64,000 bases of DNA from Squalus acanthias. Its lineage: Eukaryota. Every line of letters starts with the position of its first letter. Position 1 is the stretch's first letter. Positions 1-12,200 of the stretch are shown here, piece after piece. The stretch covers positions 133,550,001-133,614,000 of the forward strand of contig CM059431.1 in assembly GCA_030390025.1 (NCBI GenBank), in the 5' to 3' direction. The translations under genes were made by a program, and so were the position numbers. The notes under the pieces were generated by a model. It did no database searches. It was not told the origin of the DNA and saw only the letters and a list, made by a program, of their open reading frames with translations.

Positions 1-611
1 TTACACTCAAGTTTCCGCGCAATCTCATCAGCATAAGTCCGAACGTAAAATCTCCAATGAATCAGCATAAGCAAGCTGTGTAATTGATCATAATCAATTC
101 ATGACTGGAACAGGGCCTTCTCCGGCATCACAAAGAGGAGTGGGATTGCCAGGAAATGAACCATTCTTCAACTGACTGATTTAATACTCTTGGTTTTACT
201 TTTTATTTGGCTTCAATTGACTGCTTTGTGCTGTCCTTGGTACATAAGAACTGTGACCAGCAGTCAACTGAAGTCACTGCTCTGCTGTAATTTACTGAAT
301 TTAGACTAATTTAAACTGAATTTAAAGTAATTTAAAGTGATTACAACAGCAGCAGGAATAGCACAGCAGGGTCAGGCTTCAAATGACTGTTTGTCACTGC
401 AGGTACAGGTGATTAACGTTGGATTAATGTGACCACGGGTGCCTGTGCGCACGAGATTCTGGGCGCAATGTGATGAACACCCCTGGATGGGCGCAATCGG
501 TGCTAACTCGGCATGTTGACCTGAGGGCATGGCCAGTTCTGTGGGTGGGAACTGCTTAGTGTGAGTGGACTTTTGAACCAGGGTAAAAGATCACGGATAC
601 TCAGGCATAAA

Positions 612-2179
612 GGGGGAAAAATTCAGTTGGTTAGCGCCTCCCGTTACGGGGCGCTGATGCAATAGCGCCGGGGCGAGGCGAATCCAGCGCTGCGCAGAAA
701 ATCCAGTCCCCCTGTTGCACCGCCGGTACGAGGTACCGTCGGGGACTTCAGCGCCAGGCAGATCGTGATGTCAGTGAGTGTGCAATGCTCACTGGCCACC
801 CGATCTTCAAAATTGATTTTCGCCACCTACCTTTGCGCCTCGACCAGACAGTGACAAGGAGAGGCGGTACACAGCTGCAGGACGCTGGCTCCAGGGACGT
901 TATTTAAGGAGAGGAGGTACCCAGCTGCAGGACGCTGGCTCCAGGGACGTTATTTAAGGAGAGGAGGTACACAGCTGCAGGACGCTGGCTCCAGGGACGT
1001 TATTTAAGGAGAGGAGGTACACAGCTGCAGGACGCTGGCTCCAGGGACGTTATTTAAGGAGAGGAGGTACACAGCTGCAGGACGCTGGCTCCAGGGACGT
1101 TATTTAAAGGCATCTGCATTAATCACTCGCAGCTGTCAGGGCAGGTTAGTTTCAGTGGTTTCTTGTCAGTTTCAGCTATTGGATCACTTTGTATGACTAA
1201 TTTCAAGGTTCTTTTTTATCAGCGGTGTTCTGGCAAGTGCAAAGTGCCTACATTTATTGTTCAAAGATTCAAATTGATACACTTTGCAACATTAATGGGG
1301 GCTGTACTGGCATGCCACCTTGCCCTCCAGGATCTACGGTGGAGGGAGCGTAGGCAGCAAGAAATACGGGAACATGTGCGCAGAGGGATGAGGAGGGACA
1401 TCAGGGCTCTCACCAGGATGACTTAAACTCCAGATCCCTTTTGCTCACCACATGCCTATCATACCATCCCTGTGTCATGCCATATCACAGCGTCCTCCTG
1501 GGCGCAAAGGTGAAATGAGAGAGACCAGAAAATATTGCAAACTCCATTAATAAATTTATGCATAAACATAACACATTCATTCTAATAACTAATGACCCTT
1601 GTGCTTGCCATAGTTGAATAGCTGTCATTGTGTGCAAGGCGTGAGATATTGGTGCAAGTGTTGGTAGGTAGAGATTATTGGTGGGTGAGCACTGGGGCTG
1701 TAGTGCTTTGGGCAGTGTGTGAAGCTTGTAGTACAGATGGTGGTATGTAGCATTTGTTGAAGCATTCAATCACCCTGACCACTCAAGTGAGGTGGATCTG
1801 CCATGAGCACACCTGTTTCAGTCCTCCGGCTCCTTCTCCTTGTTGTGCTTCTCCTTGTTGTGCTTCTCCTTGCTGAGGCAGCTGCACAGCCAGCAATGCT
1901 GAGAAATGAGGTGCTGCAGTATCAATCAACCTCCCCTTTAAGTACTAGGAAAAGCTTGTGGCAATGATGAGTTGAGATTAGACTGCACCTGATATTGATC
2001 CACCCTTTGAGTGTAACGCCACTGCACTAGGCCTTTAAGACTTGATTTAGCGCCCCAATCATTTCTTTGAGCAGTGAGAATGAATTTTGCGTGCAGTCTA
2101 AAGCATTAGCGCCTGGCGCTAATTCTCAAACTTTTCTAAAGGTAACGTCCATTCCTGGGCGATAATGAATTTCTAGCCC
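612..2179. mobile_element. Non-autonomous PIF/Harbinger-like DNA transposon derivative
   Basis: Termini GGGGGAAAAATTC ... GAATTTCTAGCCC and GC-rich subterminal GCGCTAA motifs. The left end is similar to the element at 43368. The Arg-rich fragment near 1295-1420 resembles a Harbinger transposase N-terminus. Confidence 0.55.
856..1107. repeat. 50-bp tandem repeat, 5 copies
   Basis: Unit AAGGAGAGGAGGTACACAGCTGCAGGACGCTGGCTCCAGGGACGTTATTT, near-perfect copies. Confidence 0.95.
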
Positions 2180-3084
2180 AAGGTGTTTTTGGGCGCAGCT
2201 CACTAAGCTGTACTCATCCTTTCTCATGAATCTCTCTCCTTGGCTTTCCTGAAGGCAGTGACTCATACTGGGTTATGGTTGGACAGATGGTGGCAGCCCT
2301 TCTGTACCTTGCTGTGAACCTGGACAATGAATGTTAATGGATGGTTTAATTATCACAAGCAAGTCTGTCCTTACACGGATAGGGATCAATAAAGAGCAAT
2401 CAGGAGAAGGAACCAACACTAATTCCTCATCTCATGGAACCCAGGGACACGCAGGTCAAGGCACCACTGAGGCTGAGATTGAGAACCTCAGAACTCAATT
2501 AAGTGTATGCACAGTTTGTACTCAAAAATAATTTCAGAAATGAGTCTGCAAATGAAAAAAATGACGTGCACTTGTGGGAAAACTGGGTCTGGAATGTCTT
2601 TATTTCCACTTAATATGAAACAGAACCTCAGGAACAACCTTAAATCAGGTGATATTTGATCAGACTTTGTCCTTTGTTTTAATATTGTACAGTTCACTGC
2701 ATGTCCCAATGGAACTCACAAATTGTTAATCCAAACAAGAATCATAAGTTTCACCGAAGAAGCACACAAAAACACTCCTGAAATTATCCAATAAAAATTG
2801 TAACTGGATATTTTCTTCCTTTATCTCTTATTTCTTAAAATATCCTTTCCAATTATTTTAAAACTAAAAAAATAATGATTTATTCAGAAAATATCACTAG
2901 TCAAGCATAACCAAGTACCTGCAGTACATCCAAATTAGCTGAGTCCAACACAGGTGCACTTGTAATCTTCTTTTACTTAGTTAAATAGCCAACCATCCTG
3001 TGTGTGAGAGAACGGAAAAACTTACGGTCAATATTTCCTTTTAAACAGGCACTTAGCAATACAGAAATTCAGTACATATGTAAC

Positions 3085-3304
3085 ATGGCTAATTCCCGAT
3101 TGCAGATTCTAGGCTTAATGTTTGGTGTAGTTGGTCTTGGTTCTGTGCTTGCTGCTGCAATGTCTAAAGAATGGAAAATAACAAGCAGAGCAACTTCAGT
3201 GATCACTGCTACTTGGGTCTTCCAAGGCCTTTGGACAAACTGTGCGGGAAATGCTCTTGGAGCTGTTCACTGCCGAGATCACCTCACTATGTTCAAGTTG
3301 GAGG
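3085..3304 (+). CDS. CLDN10: Claudin-10, coding exon 1 (claudin-10a-type; TM1 + ECL1)
   Basis: ATG 3085 gives MANSRLQILGLMFGVVGLGSVLAAAMSKEWKITSRATSVITATWVFQGLWTNCAGNALGAVHCRDHLTMFKLE, with the claudin W-GLW-C-C signature. It resembles the mammalian CLDN10a first exon as I recall it (EWKVTTRASSVITATWVYQGLWMNCAGNALG). 220 nt, ends G|GTAAGG (phase 1). Confidence 0.93.
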
Positions 3305-3810
3305 GTAAGGCTTGTTTACAGCGTCATTGTTTTTGTCAGGTATTAATCATAGTTCATCACTTATTTTAAAACTATCTAAAATGACAAAAGAGTTTAATGA
3401 TGTTAAAATTTACTTTGTATAACATAAACATGTGAATCAGTATGTTTCCTAATAAATATATTGGTTTCGAAAATATTTATTAAGTTTAAGGGGGAAAAAT
3501 TTTGTGGCGCCCCCTATGGGGTGCTAACTTCACCGGGGAAGCACCCAGAGCCAGAAATTGAGTGGTAGCGCCTCAAGCAGGAGGCGGGCGCTACAGTAAG
3601 CACTCCGCCTCCTTCCTGGGGCGTTACCAGTGAATATTGTGGCTCTACGTGCAACAGCGCCACGTGCGTCGGCACGTAGCGCTGCAGTATTGCAGGACTC
3701 CCTCCACTGATTAAAGAGGTCATGATGTGGAGATGCCGGCGTTGGACTGGGGTGGACAAAAATGAGAAGTCGCACAACACCAGGTTATAGTCCAACAGAT
3801 TTATTTAATT

Positions 3811-3849
3811 TTACAAGCTTTCGGAACAGTTCGCTCCTTCGTCAGGTAA
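3811..3849 (-). ncRNA. Minimal type-I hammerhead ribozyme motif in Penelope pLTR
   Basis: Minus strand: ttac-CTGACGA-a-GGAGC gaact GTTCC-GAA-AGCT-T-gtaa. Core CUGANGA/GAAA, stem II, stem I ttac/gtaa, palindromic stem III AGCT. Confidence 0.8.
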
Positions 3850-4072
3850 GTTTAGCAGTGAGAGAATCTCCCAGAATTCACAATTTAAACACAGACAAAA
3901 TATATTCAAATCTTTCCCACATCAAAGAGCATAGCCAAGACAATGAGATGTGTCCCAGGGGGTCCAACGTGTCAAACCACCTGCTGGCTGCATATCCTGT
4001 CAATCTGTGTAGGTTCTTGTGTTAGCCTTTTTAAAAAAAAAAACACCTGGGAAGACCGGCCATGATGTCAAG

Positions 4073-5833
4073 TCACGTTCTGTATCGTGACATGAACCCG
4101 ATATCGCGATTGAGGCCCTCCTCATGAGTGCAGAACTTGGCTATCAGTTTCTGCTCTATGATTTTGCGCTGTCGTGTATTTCGAAGGCCGCCTTGGAGAA
4201 CGCTTACCCGCATATCCGAGGCTGAATGCCCCTGGCTGCTGAAGTGTTCCCCGACTGGGAGGCAACCCTCCTGCCTGGCGATTGTTGCGCGGTGTCCGTT
4301 CATACGTTGTCTCAGTGTCTGCATGGTCTCGCCGATGTACCATGCTCTGGAGCATCCTTTACTGCAACGTATCAGGTAGACAACGTTGGCAGAGTCACAT
4401 GAGTATGGACCGTGTACCTGGTGGGTAGTGTCCTCACGTGTGATGATGGTATCTGTGTCCATGATTTGGCATGTCTTGCAGAGGTTGCCGTGGCAGGGTT
4501 GTGTGGTGTCTTGGTTGCTGTTCGCCTGAAAGATGGGTAATCTGCTGCGAACGATGGTACTTTTGAGGTTAGGCGGCTGCTTGAAGGCGAGTAGTGGAGG
4601 TGTGGGGATGGCCTTAGCAAGGTGTTCGTCGTCATCGATGACATGTTGAAGGCTGCGAAGAACATGGCGTAGTTTTTCCGCTCCGGGGAAGTACTGGACG
4701 ACGTAGGGTACTCTGTTGGTTGTGTCCCGTGTTCGTCTTCTGAGGAGGTCTATGCGGTTTTTCGCTGTGGCCCGTCGGAACTGTCGATCGATGAGTCGAG
4801 CGTCATATCCCGTTCTTACGAGGGCGTCTTTCAGTGTCCGTAGGTGTCCATCGCGTTCCTCCTCGTCTGAGCAGATCCTGTGTATTCGCAGGGCTTGTCC
4901 ATAGGGGATGGCTTCTTTAACGTGGTTAGGGTGGAAGCTGGAGAAGTGGAGCATCGTGAGGTTGTCCGTGGGCTTGCGGTAGAGTGAAGTGCTGAGGCGT
5001 CCGTCTTTGATGGAGATTCGTGTGTCCAAGAATGAAACCGATTCTGAGGAGTAGTCCATGGTGAGTTTGATGGTGGGATGGAACCTGTTGATGCTATCGT
5101 GTAGTCCTTTCAGTGATCCTTCGCCGTGGGTCCAAAGGAAGAAGATGTCGTCGATGTATCTGGTGTACAGCGTTGGTTGGAGGTCCTGTGCAGCAAAGAA
5201 GTCTTGCTCGAACTTGTGCATGAAGATGTTGGCATATTGGGGTGCGAATTTGGTCCCCATGGCTGTTCCGTGTGTTTGGGTGAAAAAATGGTTGTCGAAG
5301 GTGAAGACATTGTGGTCAAGGATGAAGCGGATGAGTTGTAGGATGGCGTCCGGAGATTGGCTGTTGTTGGTGTTGAGTACTGAGGCTGTCGCAGCGATGC
5401 CGTCATTGTGGGGGATATTGGTGTAGAGTGCCGATACGTCCATTGTGACGAGGAGTGTTCCTGGTTCAACTGGTCCATGGGTGCTGAGTTTCTGCAAGAA
5501 GTCTGTAGTGTCGCGACAGAAGCTGGGGGTTCCCTGTACGATGGGTTTCAGGATGCCCTCGACGTACCCAGAGAGGTTCTCACACAGGGTTCCGTTGCCT
5601 GATACGATAGGACGTCCGGGTGTGTTGGCTTTGTGTATCTTTGGGAGGCAGCAAAAGTCTCCTACGCGGGGAGTACGTGGGATGAGAGCGCGTAGGATGT
5701 TTTGAAGGTCTGGATCGAAGGTCTTGATCAGTCTATTGAGTTGGCGGGTGTGTTCTTTGGTCGGATCTGCGGGTAGCTGTCTGTAGTGTTCCTGGTTGTC
5801 CAGTTGTCGGTATGCTTCTTTGCAATAGTCCAT
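4073..5833 (-). CDS. Penelope-type reverse transcriptase + GIY-YIG endonuclease (N-truncated, uninterrupted)
   Basis: Motifs LPKIHK, PGRPIVS, MDVSALYT, GTAMG, RYIDD, FLD, and VVYLIRC..WYIGET with CxxC. The upstream frame reads KGGAIIIQNR. Confidence 0.93.
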   Translation of the reverse strand: MDYCKEAYRQLDNQEHYRQLPADPTKEHTRQLNRLIKTFDPDLQNILRALIPRTPRVGDFCCLPKIHKANTPGRPIVSGNGTLCENLSGYVEGILKPIVQGTPSFCRDTTDFLQKLSTHGPVEPGTLLVTMDVSALYTNIPHNDGIAATASVLNTNNSQSPDAILQLIRFILDHNVFTFDNHFFTQTHGTAMGTKFAPQYANIFMHKFEQDFFAAQDLQPTLYTRYIDDIFFLWTHGEGSLKGLHDSINRFHPTIKLTMDYSSESVSFLDTRISIKDGRLSTSLYRKPTDNLTMLHFSSFHPNHVKEAIPYGQALRIHRICSDEEERDGHLRTLKDALVRTGYDARLIDRQFRRATAKNRIDLLRRRTRDTTNRVPYVVQYFPGAEKLRHVLRSLQHVIDDDEHLAKAIPTPPLLAFKQPPNLKSTIVRSRLPIFQANSNQDTTQPCHGNLCKTCQIMDTDTIITREDTTHQVHGPYSCDSANVVYLIRCSKGCSRAWYIGETMQTLRQRMNGHRATIARQEGCLPVGEHFSSQGHSASDMRVSVLQGGLRNTRQRKIIEQKLIAKFCTHEEGLNRDIGFMSRYRT

Positions 5834-6239
5834 TCTGTTCTGTATGATGATGGCTCCTCCTTATTAAAGAGGAGGGGCCTAGCACTGCGCACACCGGGGC
5901 CCTGCTGGACCACTGGGGAGCGAGGTGCCGTGAAAACAGCCCGGCACTCAAGAGGAGTGTCGGGCTGACCGATCACGGCCGGCTCCCCGCAGTAGGAGGA
6001 GAAAGGGAGCAGGTGCTGGCAGACGGCTAGAAGAAAAAATGACCGCCCGACACCTACCCCTTTAAATACCGCCACTGCGGCTGAAAAAATGACACCCTGA
6101 CGCTGTCAGAAAGATCGTCCGGCGATAGGTCAGGGGGCGCAGCCGGGGCATGAGCGGTGCGCTGTGCACAGTGATGACGTCATCACCGGAGGCGCAGCGC
6201 TGAAGGATGCTTCCAGCTACCGCCACCGCTAACCTCCCG

Positions 6240-9200
6240 CTGGGGTAGAGGGAGAGAGAACCGCATCCGCTGGGGGAAAGAGAGAGAGAGAGAGAACCAC
6301 ACGCACTGGGGGAGAGAGAGAGAGAACCACACCCGCTGGGGGAGAGAGAGAGAGAGAACCACAACCGCTGGGAAAGAGAGAGAGAGAACCACACCCGCTG
6401 GGGGAGAGAGAGAACCACACCCGCTGGGAGGGAGAGAGAGAACCACACCCGCTGGGGGAGAGAGAGAGAGAGAGAGAACCACACCCGCTGGGGGAGAGAG
6501 AGAAAACCACACCCGCTGGGGGAGAGAGTGAGAGAGAGAGAGAAGCACACCCGCTGGGGGAGAGAGAGAGAACCACACCCGCTGGGGGAGAGAGTGAGAG
6601 AGAGAGAGAACCACACCCGCTGGGGGAGAGAGAGAGAGAGAACCACACCCGCTGGGGGAGAGAGAGAGAACCACACCTGCTGGGGGAGAGAGTGAGAGAG
6701 AGAACCACACCCGCTGGGGGAGAGAGAGAGAGAGAACCACACCCGCTGGGGGAGAGAGAGAGAGAGAACCACACCCGCTGGGGGAGAGAGAGAGAGAGAA
6801 CCACACCCGCTGGGGGAGAGAGTGAGAACCACACCCGCTGGGGGAGAGAGAGAGAACCACACCCGCTGGGAGAGAGAGAGAGAGATAGAACCACACCCGC
6901 TGGGGGAGAGAGAGAGAACCACACCCGCTGGGGGAGAGAGTGAGAGAGAGAGAGAATCACACCCGCTGGGGGAGAGAGAGAGAGAACCACACCCGCTGGG
7001 GGAGAGAGTGAGAGAGAGAGAGAACCACACCCGCTGGGGGAGAGAGAGAGAGAGAGAACCACACCCGCTGGGGGAGAGAGAGAGAGAGAGAGAGAACCAC
7101 ACCCGCTGGGGGAGAGAGAGAGAGAGAGAACCACACCCGCTGGGGGAGAGAGAGAGAGAGAGAGAACCACAGCCGCTGGGGGAGAGAGAGAGAGAGAGAA
7201 CCACACCCGCTGGGGGAGAGAGAGAGAGAGAGAACCACACCCGCTGCGGGAGAGAGAGAGAGAGAGAACCACACCGGCTGGGAGAGAGAGAGAGAGAATC
7301 ACACTCGCTGGGGGAGAGAGAGAGAGAGAGAACCACACCCGCTTGGGGAGAGAGAGAGAGAGAGCGAGAGAGAGAACCACACCCGCTGGGAGAGAGAGAG
7401 AGAGAGAGAGTGAGAACCACACCCGCTGGGGGAGAGAGAGAGAGAGAGAACCACACCCACTGGGGGAGCGAGAGAGAGAGAGAGAGAACCACACACGCTG
7501 GGGGAGAGAGAGAGAGAGAGAGAACCAAACCCACTGGGGGAGCGAGAGAGAGAGAGAGAGAACCACACCCGCTGGGGGAGAGAGAGAGACAGAGAACCAC
7601 ACCCGCTTGGGGAGGGAGAGAGAGAGAGAACCACACCCGCTGGGGGAGAGAGAGAGAACCACACCCGCTGGGGGAGAGAGAGAGAGAGAGAACGACACCC
7701 GCTGAGGGAGAGAGAGAGAGAGAGAACCACTCCCGCTGGGGGAGAGAGAGAGAGAGAGAACCACACCCGCTGTGGGAGAGAGAGAGAGAACCACACCCAC
7801 TGGGGGAGAGAGAGAGAGAACCACACCCGCTGGGGGAGAGAGAGAGAGAACCACACCTGCTGTGGGAGAGAGAGAGAGAACCACAACCGCTGGGGGAGAG
7901 AGAGAGAGAGAGAGAGAGAGAACCACACCCGCTGGGGGAGAGAGAGAGAGAGAGAACCACACCCGCTGGGGGAGAGAGAGAGAGAGAACCACACCCGCTG
8001 GGGGAGAGAGAGAGAGAGAGAACCACACCCGCTGGGAGAGAGAGAGAGAGAGAACCACACCCGCTGGGGGAGAGAGAGAGAGAACCACACCCACTGGGGG
8101 AGAGAGAGAGAGAGAGAGAGAGAGAGAACCACACCCGCTGGGGGAGAGAGAGAGAGAGAGAACCACACCCGCTGGGAGAGAGAGAGAGAGAGAACCACAC
8201 CCGCTGGGGGAGAGAGAGAGAGAGAGAGAACCACACCCACTGGGGGAGAGAGAGAGAGAACCACACCCGCTGGGGGAGAGAGAGAGAGAGAACCACACCC
8301 GCTGGGGGAGAGAGAGAGAGAGAGAACCACACCCGCTGGGAGAGACAGAGAGAGAGAGAACCACACCCGCTGGGGGAGAGAGAGAGAGAGAGAACCACAC
8401 CCGCTGGGGGAGAGAGAGAGAGAGAGAACCACACCCGCTGGGAGAGAGAGAGAGAGAGAGAGAGAACCACACCCGCTGGGAGAGAGAGAGAGAGAACCAC
8501 ACCCGCTGGGAGAGAGAGAGAGAGAACCACACCCGCTGGGGGAGAGAGAGAGAGAGAGAGAACCACACCCGCTGGGGGAGAGAGAGAGAGAGAGAACCAC
8601 ACCCGCTGGGGGAGAGAGAGAGAGAACCACACCTGCTGGGGGAGAGAGAGAGAGAGAACCACACCAACTGGGGGAGAGAGAGAGAGAGAGCCACACCCGC
8701 TGGGGGAGAGAGAGAGAGAGGGAACCACACCCGCCAGGAGAGAGAGAGAGAGAACCACACCCGCTGGGGGAGAGAGAGAGAGAGAGAACCACACCCACCA
8801 GGAGAGAGAGAGAGAGAACCACACCCGCTGGGGGAGAGAGAGAGAGAGAGAACCACACCCGCCAGGAGAGAGAGCGAGAGAACCACACCCGCTGGGGGAG
8901 AGAGAGAGAGAGAGAACCACACCCGCTGGGGGAGAGAGAGAGAGAGAGAACCACACCCGCTGGGAGAGAGAGAGAGAGAACCACACCCGCTGGGGGAGAG
9001 AGAGAGAGAGAGAACCACACCCACTGGGGGAGAGAGAGAGAGAGAGAACCACACCCGCTGGGGGAGAGAGAGAGAGAACCACACCCGCTGGGGGAGAAAG
9101 AGAGAGAACCACACCCGCTGGGGGAGAGAGAGAGAGAACCACACCCGCTGGGGGAGAAAGAGAGAGAGAGAACCACAACCGCTGGGGGAGAGAGAGAGAG

Positions 9201-12200
9201 AGAACCACACCCACTGGGGGAGAGAGAGAGAGAGAACCACACCCGCTGGGAGAAAGAGAGAGAGAACCACACCCACTGGGGGAGAGAGAGAGAGAGAACC
9301 ACATCCGCTGGGGGGGAGAGAGAATGAGAACCACATCCGCTGGGGGGGAGAGAGAGAGAGAACCACATCCGCTGGGGGGGAGAGAGTGAGAACCACACCC
9401 GCTGGGGGAGAGAGCGAGAGAGAGAGAGAACCACACCCGCTGGGGGAGAGAGAGAGAGAACCACACCCACTGGGGGAGATAGAGAGAGAGAACCACACCC
9501 GCTGGGGGAGAGAGAGAGAGAGAGAACCACACCCGCTGGGGGAGAGAGAGAGAGAGAGAACCACACCCGCTGGGGGAGAGAGAGAGAGAGAGAACCACAC
9601 CCGCTGGGGGAGAGAGAGAGAGAGAGAACCACACCTGCTGGGGGAGAGAGAGAGAGAGAACCACACCCGCTGGGGGAGAGAGAGAGAGAGAGAACCACAC
9701 CCGCTGGGGGAGAGAGAGAGAGAGAGAACCACACCCGCTGGGGGAGAGAGAGAGAGAGAGAATCACACCCGCTGGGGGAGAGAGAGAGAGAGAGAACCAC
9801 ACTCACTGGGGGAGAGAGAGAGAGAGAGAACCACACCCGCTGGCGGAGTGAGAGAGAGAGAGAGAGAACCACACCCGCTGGGGGAGAGAGAGAGAGAGAG
9901 AGAGAACCACACCCGCTGGGGGAGAGAGAGAGAGAGAGAACCACACCCGCTGGGGAGAGAGAGAGAGAGAGAGAGAACCACACCCGCTGGGGGAGAGAGA
10001 GAGAGAGAACCACACCCGCTGGGGGAGAGAGAGAGAGAGAGAACCACACCCGCTGGGGGAGAGAGAGAGAGAGAGAACCACACCCGCTGGGAGAGAGAGA
10101 GAGAGAACCACACCCGCTGGGGGAGAGAGAGAGAGAGAGAGAACCACACCCACTGGGGGAGAGAGAGAGAGAGAGAGAACCACACCCACTGGGGGAGAGA
10201 GATAGAGAGAGAGAGAACCACACACGCTGGGGGAGAGAGAGAGAGAGAACCACACCCGCTGGGGGACAGAGAGAGAGAGAGAACCACACCCGCTGGGGGA
10301 GAGAGAGAGAGAGAGAACCACACCCGCTGGGGGAGAGAGAGAGAACCACACCCACTGGGGGAGAGGGAGAGAGAGAGAACCACACCCGCTGTGGGAGAGA
10401 GAGAGAGAGAGAACCACACCCGCTGGTGGAGAGAGAGAGAGAGAGAGAACCACACCCGCTGGTGGAGAGATAGAGAGAGAGAGAACCACACCCGCTGGGG
10501 GAGAGAGAGAGAGAGAGAACCACACCCGCTGGGGGAGAGAGCGAGAGAGAGAGAACCACACCCGCTGGGGGAGAGAGAGAGAGAGAGAAAGAACCACACC
10601 CGCTGGGGGAGAGAGAGAGAGAGAGAACCACACCCGCTGGGGGAGAGAGAGAGAGAGAGAACCACACACACTGGGGGAGAGAGAGAGAGAACCACACCCA
10701 CTGGGGGAGAGAGAGAGAGAACCACACCCGCTGGGGGAGAGAGCGAGAGAGAGAGAACCACACCCGCCAGGAGAGAGAGAGAGAGAGAACCACACCAGCT
10801 GGGGGAGAGAGAGAGAGAGAGAACCACACCCACTTGGGGAGAGAGAGAGAGAGAGCCACACCCGCTGGGGGAGAGAGAGAGAGAGAGAACCACACCCGCC
10901 AGGAGAGAGAGAGAGAGAGAACCACACCCGCTGGGGGAGAGAGAGAGAGAGAACCACACCCGCTGGGGGAGAGAGAGAGAGAGAGAACCACACCCGCTGG
11001 GAGAGAGAGAGAGAGAGAACCACACCCGCTGGGAGAGAGAGAGAGAGAGAGAACCACACCCGCTGGGAGAGAGAGAGAGAGAACCACACCCGCTGGGGGA
11101 GAGAGAGAGAGAGAACCACACCCGCTGGGGGAGAGAGAGAGAGAACCACACCCACTGGGGGAGAGAGAGAGAGAGAGAACCACACCCACTGGGGGAGAGA
11201 GAGAGAGAACCACACCTGATGGGGGAGAGAGAGAGAGAGAACCACACCCGCGGGGGGAGAGAGAGAGAGAGAGAATCACACCCGCTGGGGGAGAGAGAGA
11301 GAGAGAACCACACCCATTGGATGAGAGAGAGAGAGAGAATCACACCCGCTGGGGGAGAGAGAGAGAGAGAGAATCACACCCGCTGGGGGAGAGAGAGAGA
11401 GAAAGAGAGAGAGAACCACACCCGCTGGGAGAGAGAGAGAGAGAGAGCCACAGCCGCTGGGGGAGAGAGAGAGAGAGAGAGAGAGAACGACACCCGCTGG
11501 GGAGAGAGAGAGAGAGAGAACCACACACGCTGGGGGAGAGAGAGAGAGAGAGAACCACACCCGCTGGGGGAGAGAGAGAGAGAGAGAACCACACCCGCTG
11601 GGGGAGAGAGAGAGAGAACCACACTCACTGGGGGAGAGAGAGAGAGAGAACCACACCCGCCAGGAGAGAGAGAGAGAGAGTGAACCACACCTGCTGGGGG
11701 AGAGAGAGAGAGAGAGCCACACCCGCTGGGGGAGAGAGAGAGAGAGAGCCACACCCGCTGGGGGAGAGAGAGAGAGAGAACCACACCAACTGGGGGAGAG
11801 AGAGAGAGAGAGCCACACCCGCTGGGGGAGAGAGAGAGAGAGGGAACCACACCCGCCAGGAGAGAGAGAGAGAGAACCACACCCGCTGGGGGAGAGAGAG
11901 AGAGAGATAACCACACCCGCCAGGAGAGAGAGAGAGAGAACCACAGCCGCTGGGGGAGAGAGAGAGAGAACCACACTCGCTGGGGGAGAGAGAGAGAGAG
12001 AGAACCACACCCGCTGGGGGAGAGAGAGAGAGAGAGAGAACCACACCCACCAGGAGAGAGAGAGAGAGAACCACACCCGCTGGGGGAGAGAGAGAGAGAG
12101 AGAACCACACCCGCTGGGGGAGAGAGAGAGAGAACCACACCCGCTGGGGGAAAGAGAGAGAGAGAGAGAGAGAGAACCACATCCGCTGGGGGGGAGAGAG

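Larger units (their letters stand above)
3720..5862 (-). mobile_element. Penelope-like retroelement (5'-truncated) with pLTR/3' tail
   Basis: RT + GIY-YIG ORF. The 3' non-coding region 3723-4072 is shared with the copies at 31759 and 37448. 10-bp TSD ATTAAAGAGG at 3710-3719 and 5863-5872. Confidence 0.93.

Noticed and set aside
3004..3369. 121-aa ORF as a complete protein
   Set aside because: The GTG-started extension and read-through past the donor at 3305 are non-homologous; the real exon is 3085-3304.
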